Assembly (NCBI GenBank): GCA_965198115.1 | Contig: OZ240241.1 | Span: 3,456,001 to 3,520,000, forward strand | Length of the DNA: 64,000 nt | DNA from: Candidatus Latescibacterota bacterium | GTDB lineage: Bacteria; Latescibacterota; UBA2968 | Reading direction: 5' to 3' | In this document: positions 29,609 through 38,668 of the stretch, in pieces | Layout: each line of letters begins with the position of its first letter | Numbering within the stretch: the stretch's first letter is position 1 | Position numbers and translations under genes: made by a program | Notes under the pieces: generated by a model | What the model was told of the DNA's origin: nothing | Database searches by the model: none | What the model saw: only the letters and a program-made list of their open reading frames with translations

Positions 29609-31411
29609 TTGCCTCGGATTCCAGAAGAGACGATCGATCGTATCCGCGAAGCGGTCGACATCGTCGATGTCGTTTCCGAACACGTCCAGCTCACACAGCG
29701 CGGGCGTAACTACGTCGGTCTGTGCCCGTTCCACGACGACCACGACCCATCGTTCAACGTTTCGCAGGAAAAGCAGATTTACAAATGCTTCGTCTGCGAT
29801 GCGGGCGGAAACGTTTTCTCCTTCCTCCAGAACATCGAAGGCATCAGCTTCGTCGAAGCGGTGAGGAAGGTCGGCGGTCTCGTGGGCATCGACATTCCTC
29901 AAGCCGGGCGAGACCCGCAGCAGGATGAGGCCTTCGATGCCATTTACAGCGCTGTCGATCTCGCGCGGAAGTACTATCACCATCTCCTGAGCAAGGATGC
30001 TTCGGGTGGGTTCGCGCGTGAGTATCTCGCGGGTCGCGCTGTGACGGCGGAGAGCATCGGTCATTTTTCGCTCGGCTACGCGCCCAACGCCTGGGACCGG
30101 TTCCTGAACGTGGCCAAAAAACGAGGACACGACCCCAAGATCCTCGAAAAGGCGGGCCTCGTCGTGGCCCGGAAGGACGGATTCGGTTACTACGATCGGT
30201 TCCGGCATCGTGTGATCTGGCCGATTCGGGCGCAGACGGGGCGTACGGTAGCCTTCGGAGCAAGAGCGCTCGACCCCGATGAGCAAGCCAAGTATCTGAA
30301 CTCGCCCGAAACACCGATTTACCACAAAAGCAACACGCTCTATGGGTTGTGGGAAGGTCGAGATGCGATCAGGACGGAAAAACGCGCACTCTTCGTCGAG
30401 GGCTATATGGACCATCTCGCCCTCGTGCAGCACGGGTTTCAGCACGTCGTGGCCACGTCGGGCACCGCACTGACCCCTCAGCACGCTCGCCTGCTCAAAC
30501 GGTTCACCGAACACGCGGTTCTGGTCTTCGACGGCGACACGGCCGGGTCGTCCGCGGCCGTACGCGGCGTCACCCCCCTCGTCGAGGCCGGTATCGACGT
30601 TCGGATCGTTTCCCTCCCCGAGGGCGAGGACCCCGACGATTTCGTTCGGACGAGGGGGCGCGAAGCGTTCCGGGACGCCATCGAAAAGGCCCTCCCGGCG
30701 ATGGACTTCCTCATCAAATGGGTCGCCACGCTGGAAGACCTTTCGACCGCCGACGGTCGCGCACGGGCCACCCGACGCATCGCGGAGATCATCAGCCACG
30801 TGAGCGACAGTGCGTTGCGCCAATTTCTGATTCGTGACGCGGCGCAAAAACTCGACGCCAACGAATCGGTCGTGATCCAGGAAGTCAAACAGGCTGCGGA
30901 AAGGAAGGCGTCGCAGGCGCGCCGGAAGGAACCCGAGCAACCCGTACCCGCAATCGATCGCTTCGACCCTCGCCCGCGGGCAGAACGCGAACTGCTGATC
31001 CAGATGATGTCCGACGACTTCGTGGCTGACACCATCCTGTCTGAAATCAAACCCGACGACTTCACGAACAGCGTCTATCGCTACCTCGCAAAACTGATCG
31101 CTTATCAGCGATCGTCGTCACTCAGCGCGTCCGTCGCCCATATGGTCGACTGCTGCAACCACCCGATCGTCGCGCAGATTATCTCTTCGATGTCACTCGA
31201 AACAGGGATCACCAACCCCGAGGCACTCGAAACGCCGATCGAGGATTACATCCACGCTTTCCGCCTGAGGGACCTCGAGCGCCGGATCGACGACCTCGAA
31301 CATCAGATGAAAACGTCGGAAGACGAAGCCCTCAAATCTCTGATGGAACAGCACCGAACGCTCACCTTGGAGCGAAGGGAGATGAAGGAGAAGGCGGTGC
31401 CCGCCGCGTAG
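29609..31411 (+). CDS. dnaG: DNA primase
   Basis: CPFHDD..PSF..CFVC zinc finger, KYLNSPET, VEGYMD, FDGD TOPRIM, C-terminal helical domain. Confidence 0.97.
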   Translation: MPRIPEETIDRIREAVDIVDVVSEHVQLTQRGRNYVGLCPFHDDHDPSFNVSQEKQIYKCFVCDAGGNVFSFLQNIEGISFVEAVRKVGGLVGIDIPQAGRDPQQDEAFDAIYSAVDLARKYYHHLLSKDASGGFAREYLAGRAVTAESIGHFSLGYAPNAWDRFLNVAKKRGHDPKILEKAGLVVARKDGFGYYDRFRHRVIWPIRAQTGRTVAFGARALDPDEQAKYLNSPETPIYHKSNTLYGLWEGRDAIRTEKRALFVEGYMDHLALVQHGFQHVVATSGTALTPQHARLLKRFTEHAVLVFDGDTAGSSAAVRGVTPLVEAGIDVRIVSLPEGEDPDDFVRTRGREAFRDAIEKALPAMDFLIKWVATLEDLSTADGRARATRRIAEIISHVSDSALRQFLIRDAAQKLDANESVVIQEVKQAAERKASQARRKEPEQPVPAIDRFDPRPRAERELLIQMMSDDFVADTILSEIKPDDFTNSVYRYLAKLIAYQRSSSLSASVAHMVDCCNHPIVAQIISSMSLETGITNPEALETPIEDYIHAFRLRDLERRIDDLEHQMKTSEDEALKSLMEQHRTLTLERREMKEKAVPAA

Positions 31412-31419
31412 CGGCGTGG

Positions 31420-31450
31420 CAGACGTCAGAGGATAGAAGTCAGAAGACAG
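31420..31450 (+). repeat. Heptamer array, left arm (pairs with 34586-34610)
   Basis: CAGACGT-CAGAGGA-TAGAAGT-CAGAAGA-CAG. Confidence 0.6.
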
Positions 31451-31488
31451 CAAGGCTCTGGCTTCTCGCGTGCTTGCTCTTTCGCTAG

Positions 31489-33117
31489 CCTGAATTATGC
31501 ATAAAAAAGGTAGTCTCCTTGTACAAGTGTTTGTTTTTCCCTACATTAGGGCTGACACATCAAAACAACACTTGGAAGGAACTACCGTGATAGAACCTAG
31601 TCAGATCCGGTTACCATTCGCAAGCATTTCGGGCAAGGTAGTTGAGGCTGATTTTGCCGGTGGCGCCGTCAGGAGTGACGGTGGAGTTCTGTTGCTTCGC
31701 GCCCTTGAGTCTCAGATGGGATTGATCGCCAGAATGGTAGATGCTTTGCGAGATCGTCGTCACCCAAGCTATATCGATCACACGCTTTTGGATCTTGTGA
31801 AGCAGCGTGTTTTTCAGATCGCTTGCGGCTATGAAGATGCCATCGATTGTGATGATTTGCGCCACGATCCGGGCGTCAAGGCTGCCTGCGATCGGCTTCC
31901 TCTTTCCGGTCCTGATCTCGGGAGCCAATCAACGATGACACGACTTGAGAATGATGTGCGACGCTCGGATTTGTATCGGCTCGCACGGGCTTTTGTAGAC
32001 GGGTTCATCGCATCGTATGACCAGGCACCCCCAAGCATCATTCTCGATATCGACGACACGGATGACCCAACGCACGGTGCGCAACAATTTTCACTCTTCA
32101 ACGCGTATTACAATGAACACTGCTATATGCCGCTACATATCTATGAAGGCCAAAGCGGCAAGCTCATTACGACGATCTTGAGACCCGGGCATCCGACGAA
32201 CGGTAAACAGGTCGTTTCTATTCTCAAGCGCTTGGTGGAACACCTACGCGGATCTTGGCCAAACGTGGAGATCATCGTTCGCGCAGACTCAAAGTTCAGC
32301 TCACCAGAGATGCACGATTTCTGCGAAGACAACGGTATCTACTACGTTCTGGGCCAGGGCGCCAACTCCAAGCTCAAAGCGGCTGGACAAAACCTGATGG
32401 ACCAAGCGCTACGTCTGAGCGAGCATAAGGAGACGATTCGCTTGTTCTCATCCTTCTCATATCAGGCTGGCACCTACCGGCAGCCTCGCCGGATCATTCA
32501 CAAGGCTGAAGTCACAAACGGCGAAGCAAATCCAAGATACCGCGTGACCAATTTACAGAGTAATCGAGACGGCTTTATCTATGATCGTATCTACTGCGCA
32601 AGGGGACGCACGGAAGGCTTCATCAAGGACCACAAAACATTCCTTCACTCCGATCGAACATCGTGCCACAAGTTTGAAGCCAACCAGTTCCGACTCTTTC
32701 TACACAGTGCTGCATACGCCTTGCTTCACGCACTCCGATCACAGGGACTCAAGGGCACCGCGTGGACCAAACCTCAGGTCAACACGATACAGAACCGTTT
32801 CCTCAAAATCGGCGCGAGAGTCATTGAAAGCGCACGAAGAATCCGATTCCATTTTCCAACATCGTATCCACTCAAAAACGTCTTGGTGTCAATCATCACC
32901 AGGCTCGAAACGAACACGCAGTAACAACGCCGATCTATACCGGGGACAGCTATGTACACGTCGCAAAACAACACCTGTTCCGGACGAAAATCGTGACTCT
33001 TGCGACTCGTAGAGACCGCTTACGGGACCTTGGACATCCGAAGAAGCCGAGAACAAATCCTGTGCGTGATCACATCACTCCAAAACAACCTAAACTCAAA
33101 TTCATGCATGATTCAGG
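31489..33117 (+). mobile_element. IS1380-family element
   Basis: IRs CCTGAATTATGCAT / ATGCATGATTCAGG, CTAG target duplication, lower GC. Confidence 0.92.
31587..32924 (+). CDS. IS1380 transposase
   Basis: SDGGVLL, GYED..D, LDIDDTDD, RADSKF, YCARG..E; start uncertain (31497 or GTG 31587). Confidence 0.9.
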   Translation: MIEPSQIRLPFASISGKVVEADFAGGAVRSDGGVLLLRALESQMGLIARMVDALRDRRHPSYIDHTLLDLVKQRVFQIACGYEDAIDCDDLRHDPGVKAACDRLPLSGPDLGSQSTMTRLENDVRRSDLYRLARAFVDGFIASYDQAPPSIILDIDDTDDPTHGAQQFSLFNAYYNEHCYMPLHIYEGQSGKLITTILRPGHPTNGKQVVSILKRLVEHLRGSWPNVEIIVRADSKFSSPEMHDFCEDNGIYYVLGQGANSKLKAAGQNLMDQALRLSEHKETIRLFSSFSYQAGTYRQPRRIIHKAEVTNGEANPRYRVTNLQSNRDGFIYDRIYCARGRTEGFIKDHKTFLHSDRTSCHKFEANQFRLFLHSAAYALLHALRSQGLKGTAWTKPQVNTIQNRFLKIGARVIESARRIRFHFPTSYPLKNVLVSIITRLETNTQ

Positions 33118-33145
33118 CTAGCAAGCCACAGCACATAAATTCAAG

Positions 33146-34519
33146 GAGCTATAATCAAAAGGTGTGGAAAAAGAGAAAGGGCGACCCTACCCTTCCCGTG
33201 AGATAGTTGATTCACACAAAACCGGGTGAGAGGCCCGGTTGGGAAGGAGGATCGCCGTGAAGGAACATACGCATAGAGCCCCATTGAAGTCCATGCCGAC
33301 GTGGGAGACGGTTGACGATTGGATCCGTGAAGAGATCCAGGGCCGGTTCCAGTCCATTCTGGAGGAGGAGGCGACCGCGTTCTTGGGCCGGTCGTGGTAT
33401 GAGCGCCGAGCCGAGGTCGATAGCTCCAGGGGCTACAGGAACGGCTACGGCAAGCCCCGGCGTCTCTCGACGAGCTGCGGAACGATCAAGGTCCGGCGTC
33501 CCCGGGTTCGTGGTCTGGAAGAGCGGTTTGAAAGCCGCATCCTCCCCCTGTTCGCCCGGAGAACCAGGGCCATTGGAGATCTGCTTCCCGACCTTTATCT
33601 CCACGGTCTCTCCCAGGGCGACTTCGAGTTGTCTTTGCGTGCGCTGCTCGGTGATGGCGCGCCGCTTTCGCCGACCTCGATCGCTCGTCTTCGAGGGAAG
33701 TGGGAGGTCGACTTCCAGGACTGGAAAGAAAGGCGTCTGGATAATCGCGAACTGGTCTACGCCTGGGCTGATGGCATCTACGTCAAAGCCGGGCTCGAGC
33801 GCGAGAAGGCGTGTCTGCTGGTCGTGATCGGCGCGATGAGCGACGGCAGCAAGGAGATCCTGGCGATAGAACCCGGTTATCGAGAGTCTACAGAATCCTG
33901 GCTCACGGTGCTCCGGGATCTCCGGGATCGCGGGCTCGAACATCCTGTCCTGATCGCCGCGGACGGGAATATGGGCATCTGGGCGGCCGTTGATCAGGTC
34001 TGGCCAGAGAGCCGGCAACAACGGTGCTGGAACCACAAGATCCTCAACGTGCTCGACAAGGTCGCCAAGCGTGCACAGGCTGAAGCCCGCGCACTGCTCG
34101 TCCAGATCCCCTATGCCGGCACGAAAAAGGAGGCCGAGAAGCTCCGGAAACGCTTTGCCGCACGGTATCGCTCACAGTTCCCTGCCGCCGTGGAGACGCT
34201 CGAAAGAGACTGGGATCGGATGGTCACGTTCTACGACTTCCCGAAGGAACACTGGAAACACCTGAGAACCACGAACGTCGTCGAGAGCCCCTTTGCTTCC
34301 GTTCGGCTTCGCACAAACGCCGCCAGGCGATTCAAGAAAGTCAGGAACGCCACGACTCTCATCTGGCGTACGCTCAAGGTCGCAGAGAGCCGATTCAGGA
34401 AACTCACCGCGCCACACTTGCTACAACAAGTCTACGATCAGAAACACTCAACCGAACCGCAGGTCGAAGCCGGGAAGATGGCCGCCTGATTTCTTTTACA
34501 CACCTATTGACCTGAGCTC
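33146..34519 (+). mobile_element. IS256-family element, copy 1
   Basis: IRs GAGCTATAATCAAAAGGTGTG / CACACCTATTGACCTGAGCTC, 8-bp TSD AATTCAAG. Confidence 0.93.
33239..34489 (+). CDS. IS256 transposase
   Basis: YRNGY, WADGIY, ADG, QRCWNH, RTTNVVES. Confidence 0.93.
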   Translation: MGRRIAVKEHTHRAPLKSMPTWETVDDWIREEIQGRFQSILEEEATAFLGRSWYERRAEVDSSRGYRNGYGKPRRLSTSCGTIKVRRPRVRGLEERFESRILPLFARRTRAIGDLLPDLYLHGLSQGDFELSLRALLGDGAPLSPTSIARLRGKWEVDFQDWKERRLDNRELVYAWADGIYVKAGLEREKACLLVVIGAMSDGSKEILAIEPGYRESTESWLTVLRDLRDRGLEHPVLIAADGNMGIWAAVDQVWPESRQQRCWNHKILNVLDKVAKRAQAEARALLVQIPYAGTKKEAEKLRKRFAARYRSQFPAAVETLERDWDRMVTFYDFPKEHWKHLRTTNVVESPFASVRLRTNAARRFKKVRNATTLIWRTLKVAESRFRKLTAPHLLQQVYDQKHSTEPQVEAGKMAA

Positions 34520-34585
34520 AATTCAAGCGGTACATTTGTAGGCCGCAGGCCCATCGTTATCGTCTGTCCTCCGAAGTGGCGGAAA

Positions 34586-34610
34586 TCTGTCTTCTGTGTT
34601 CTGTCATCTG
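34586..34610 (-). repeat. Heptamer array, right arm, inverted relative to 31420-31450
   Basis: TCTGTCT-TCTGTGT-TCTGTCA-TCTG. Confidence 0.6.
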
Positions 34611-34616
34611 GTAAAG

Positions 34617-34693
34617 GGGCCCATAGCTCAGCTGGTCAGAGCAGTCGACTCATAATCGATCGGTCGCAGGTTCGAATCCTGCTGGGCCCACCA
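34617..34693 (+). tRNA. tRNA with CAT anticodon, most likely tRNA-Ile2 (lysidine)
   Basis: GGGCCCA/TGGGCCC acceptor stem, GTCGA-CTCATAA-TCGAT anticodon arm, GGTTCGAATCC T-arm, encoded CCA; resembles E. coli ileX more than initiator Met. Confidence 0.93.
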
Positions 34694-34695
34694 AC

Positions 34696-35976
34696 TTAAC
34701 TTGCTGTTACTACGTTGCTTACAGAGCCGTCCTCCGGGCGGCTTTCTGTGTTCTGAGACGTGTTTTGACCCCCGGTGTCCATCGAGTGTCCATCAGCCCC
34801 AGCCAACCACGAGCTCAGTTTCTCGGTCGCGTCCTGTAAGAAGCCGGGCGCAACGTGTGCATAACGAAGCGTCATCGCATACGACTTGTGTCCGAGGATC
34901 TTTCCTACCGTTCGCAGGTCCACACCCGCCATCACCAGTTGACTTGCCGCCGTGTGACGAAGGCCGTGCCAGGTGAAGTGCCGTTGGATACCTGCACGCC
35001 TGAGTGCAGTCCCGAACCGCTTTCTGAGGTCAGTGTAAGGCCGGCCGCTGGCGGGGTTGACAAACACGTGGGCGATGATTCTACCCCCCATTCGAACCTA
35101 GGTCTTCCGATGCTCGGCCAGGGCCTCGGCAAGCCGCTCGTTCATCGGAACGTGCCGAGTCTCGTGGTTCTTCGTATTTCGCAGGGTGATCTGACGAAGC
35201 CCGAAGTCTACGTCCTTCCATTGCAACTTCATCTGTTCCCCCCAACGCAACCCCGTGTTCACAGCCATCAGCACGGCCGGATAGAGCCGTTCGTCGCAAG
35301 CGGCCAGAAGCCTTCGCACTTCCTCAACTTCCAGATAATCGGCTTCCCGGACGACATCGCGCTCCTGCTTGATCCCGGCCGCTGGGCTGACCTCCAGGTA
35401 GCCCCATTCGACCGCTTTTCCCAGCATATGCTTGATCCGACATACCTCCCGGTTGACGCTGGCCTTCGTGAGCCTCCGGCCCTGCCACGGCCCTACCAGG
35501 CCGGCCTGACGCCTGACGAGGTAGCTCTCGAGGTCGTGGAGCGTGAGAGTGTGTAGGTAGCGACAGCCGAAGACGGGATTGAACCCCTTCTTGATCTTCG
35601 TCGTTTCCGCCGCCACGAAGGACGGACGACGCTTTGGCCCCCACCACCGGAGGTATTCCTCGGCGAAGTCAGCGAACGTGATCCGCTTCTGCTTCTCTCT
35701 TCGGATCTCGCCCTTCAGCCCATCGACCCTCGTTCGGTCCCGCCATTCTCGGGCGAGATCCAGCCGAGGAAAAGTTCGTCTCCGCCTTATTCGCTGTTCC
35801 GTCTCTACATCTCGAATGCTGACATCGACGAGGTAACCCTTCTTGCCAACGCACCGACAGATGCCGGCCTCGACACGTTCTCCCTTTTTACAAGGCATGA
35901 AGTTCCTTTCCTTTCGCCGGTATTTCCGACGCCTTCCACGACCTGAATATAGGCTGGAAGGTGACGCGTTGGACAC
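34696..35976 (-). pseudogene. Tyrosine integrase with an in-frame TAG
   Basis: ORFs 35098..35976 and 34696..35091 are in frame (KT-TAG-VRM); TGLRWGE before the stop, HGLRHT, LGH and RYAH after it. Confidence 0.88.
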
Positions 35977-36101
35977 ATTGACACGTTCCTGCTCAATTTC
36001 TCGCGATGGAATCCTATAGCCCAGAAAGCCCGAATTGGCGGAAATGCGTCCTGTATCTTTTGCAGGAGCCGTCCCAACTGATTACTGGTCAACAGGTTGG
36101 G

Positions 36102-38327
36102 CTATGGACGTGTTTCATCCAAGAGCCCTATGCCTTTTCGCTCCCAATTGCCACGAACCTTTGCTTTTGCAAAGCCTCGCTCCTCGAGCTTCATACCAAG
36201 CGACTTCTGTGTTAAAGGGCGCTCACCGTTTTCCTCACACCAGGACTTGTATGTCTCATACAGCGACCCAGAGCGAACGTTGTACGCCTCGCCAACAATG
36301 CAGCATTCGTTGATGAATGCTCCAAGGACATCCATATCTGAACGATAGGCTTGAGTGGCATCCCGAACGGCTTGTGGCGCGGCGAGCCCTTCGTCCTTCC
36401 ACATCAAGTAGCCTTTGTGGGCCCACGTGAGGATGCCCGAATGCTCAGCTCGTAGTTTGCCGCTGGGCCCTTTGAGGGTGGGGTCCTGCTCCCCTGGAGG
36501 AATCTGAGCCTGAAACGGGATAAGTCGAATTCGCCTCCAGATCGCGTCATCAGTCCCTCTCACGCTCGGCCTATGGTTGCAGCTCACCCACACCTTGAAT
36601 TCGGGAGTGAATTCAAAAAACTCTCTATGCAGGAAACGGGCAGTGACCCGATCCCCTCCAGTCATCGCTTTGACTTTGGACTCTGCGAGGCCTCTGTTCT
36701 CCTCGGTCTCAGCGGCAGATACAAACCGAGCACTGCGAAGCCGGGCCAGGTCGTTGGTAGGGGCATCGGGCCGGCGAGCCATCAGCGTCTCCGTGGGTGT
36801 CTGCAAGGCGTAGTCCCCAAGGAGTGCAGCGATCGTCTCGATGAAGGTGCTCTTTCCATTGGCACCAGTTCCGTGAAGGATGAAAAGACACTCCTCATCT
36901 GTTGATCCGCTCAGACTGTAGCCCACGGCTTTCTGTGCGAAGCGAATCAGCTCCCCGTCGCCCAGTAGAACACGATCAAGGAACGCCCTCCAGGTCGGAC
37001 ACTGGGCATTCGCGTCGAAGCTGACCGGGGCGACCATCGTGATCAGGTCTTCTCTTCGGTGCTCCTGCAGGTTCCCGGTACGTAGATCCAAAGTCCCATT
37101 GACCAAGTTGAGTTCGTCAGGATGTCGGTCGAAGTCTTCAATGACTGTGGGAAACGGCTCTTTCGTTTGTGCGCTGGCCACCATAGCCTTGATGCGAGCG
37201 TGGTTCAACGACCCCCTCGCCCAATTGAGGATGTGTTTAACCTGCTCAACGTCCACGATTTCGTGCGCTTCATCTGGGATCGCCCTCACTGTATCGACGG
37301 CAAGCTGCTGAACCTTCCCGCGTCGATCCAACTCCCAGTGCGTGCCCTGCCAAGACATCCATCCCTTTTCGAAACAGAAAAGGATTTGGCCGCCGTGGTG
37401 GTGTGCAAGCCTTTCGGCGTTTCCGTCGTCTGTCAGGGTGAACCGCTGAGGAACGGGAACCTTGGATTCCTGCCACAGGTCTGCCCCGGCGAGGATGCGC
37501 TCCACGGTTTCTCGTGTCGCGCCCTTAGCAATGAGATCAGCCACGTCGCCTTTCGGGGGCAATTCTTTGGGCGGCTCTACCACGGTGCTCTCGGAGGCGT
37601 AATCCCGAAGTGACCGTGCCACCGTTTCCATGTGACGCCGTCCCGTCTTGTCGTTGTCGGGCCACAAGATGACTTGTATTCCTTCGAAGTATGGTCCGTA
37701 TTCATCCTTCCACTTTCCTGCGCCGAATGGATTCGTGGTGGCGGGAATGCCAAGCTCCCAGAGAGCGTCGACGCACTTTTCTCCTTCAACGATGACGACG
37801 GTGTCCGCATCCCTGAATTCAGGCAGCCGATAGGGAACCAGCCTCACGCCGGCTTTCTTGTAGATCCATCCCCCGTCTGGCTTAGGTGCCCGAAAGATGA
37901 AGTCCTTCCCCCTGCCCTTCCTTCCGGGTTCTCGGCGCTGGATTTGGAAAAGATGCTTACTCTCCTCATCGGTGTAGTCGTATTGGGCGGTGACGACCGG
38001 TTTCACGGGGTGGTTGGCCGAAGTCCCAGACTCGCGCTTGAGAATATTCACGGCCTCTTGGAAGCTCACCGCTTCCATCTTCCTGACCAGGTCGATGATG
38101 TCGGCACCCTTTTCCCCGAAACAGCCCTGCGACCAACATCTGACCCGCTGATGTTCCTCGTCAATCTGAAGGGACGGATTCTTATCACCGTTGTTGTGGT
38201 TCTCGGGGAACGGGCAATGCCCCCACCCCCGCTCGTCGGTCTCGAGGCGGTATTGAGATTTCGCAAAGTCCGCGATGTCAAAGCGCCCCTTAAGTGCGGC
38301 AACGCCGGACCTGTCTGAACCACGCAT
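36102..38327 (-). CDS. P4/PICI-type primase-helicase (Zn finger, TOPRIM, D5_N, SF3 helicase, wHTH)
   Basis: CPF..PSL..CWSQGC, VEGEKC, PDND, TDDGNAERL, GTGANGKST, DDAIWRR. Confidence 0.92.
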   Translation of the reverse strand: MRGSDRSGVAALKGRFDIADFAKSQYRLETDERGWGHCPFPENHNNGDKNPSLQIDEEHQRVRCWSQGCFGEKGADIIDLVRKMEAVSFQEAVNILKRESGTSANHPVKPVVTAQYDYTDEESKHLFQIQRREPGRKGRGKDFIFRAPKPDGGWIYKKAGVRLVPYRLPEFRDADTVVIVEGEKCVDALWELGIPATTNPFGAGKWKDEYGPYFEGIQVILWPDNDKTGRRHMETVARSLRDYASESTVVEPPKELPPKGDVADLIAKGATRETVERILAGADLWQESKVPVPQRFTLTDDGNAERLAHHHGGQILFCFEKGWMSWQGTHWELDRRGKVQQLAVDTVRAIPDEAHEIVDVEQVKHILNWARGSLNHARIKAMVASAQTKEPFPTVIEDFDRHPDELNLVNGTLDLRTGNLQEHRREDLITMVAPVSFDANAQCPTWRAFLDRVLLGDGELIRFAQKAVGYSLSGSTDEECLFILHGTGANGKSTFIETIAALLGDYALQTPTETLMARRPDAPTNDLARLRSARFVSAAETEENRGLAESKVKAMTGGDRVTARFLHREFFEFTPEFKVWVSCNHRPSVRGTDDAIWRRIRLIPFQAQIPPGEQDPTLKGPSGKLRAEHSGILTWAHKGYLMWKDEGLAAPQAVRDATQAYRSDMDVLGAFINECCIVGEAYNVRSGSLYETYKSWCEENGERPLTQKSLGMKLEERGFAKAKVRGNWERKGIGLLDETRP

Positions 38328-38330
38328 CGA

Positions 38331-38516
38331 TCACTTGCTTTCCGAGTCAACACGACAGCTCTCGATGTAAGCCTCGAGGTCGCTGGCCATGAAGAAAAGC
38401 CTGGAGCCAAGCTTGTATTTTGTGAGTATGCCCTCGGCCGAAAGCTTATAGATACGAGACAGACTACAGTGGAGGATGCGCCTGGCCTCTTCGGGTGACA
38501 CGAGTTGGCTATTCAT
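38331..38516 (-). CDS. Excisionase/AlpA-like HTH protein
   Basis: 61 aa, VSPEEARRILHCSLSRIYKL..KLGSRLFF..DLEAYI; GGAGAG upstream. Confidence 0.82.
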   Translation of the reverse strand: MNSQLVSPEEARRILHCSLSRIYKLSAEGILTKYKLGSRLFFMASDLEAYIESCRVDSESK

Positions 38517-38587
38517 ACAGCTCTCCCTGGTAAGCTATGTTCTCCTCGATCTTCACACCTTATCGTAGGCCAGGGGGCAAAAAAATC

Positions 38588-38619
38588 GGGGGTAAGCGAT
38601 TGTGTTCCCGCTTACCCCC
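38588..38619. promoter_or_regulatory. Perfect 11-bp inverted repeat upstream of xis
   Basis: GGGGGTAAGCG-N10-CGCTTACCCCC. Confidence 0.5.
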
Positions 38620-38668
38620 ATTCGTGTAACACGATGATTTTATTAAGGCTACATCACGACCAGTATTC

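Noticed and set aside
3118-30940. Long antisense or alternate-frame ORFs (e.g. 3118..4365, 6123..7508, 24920..26932, 29543..30940)
   Set aside because: Shadows of well-supported genes in high-GC DNA, with no motifs.
27317-34610. CRISPR array
   Set aside because: Repeats are 7-8-nt tandem units without unique spacers, and no cas genes are present.
35098-35100. Pyrrolysine or stop-codon reassignment at the integrase TAG
   Set aside because: TAG is the normal stop of mutS2, dnaG and rqcH in this window; a CAG-to-TAG mutation is simpler.
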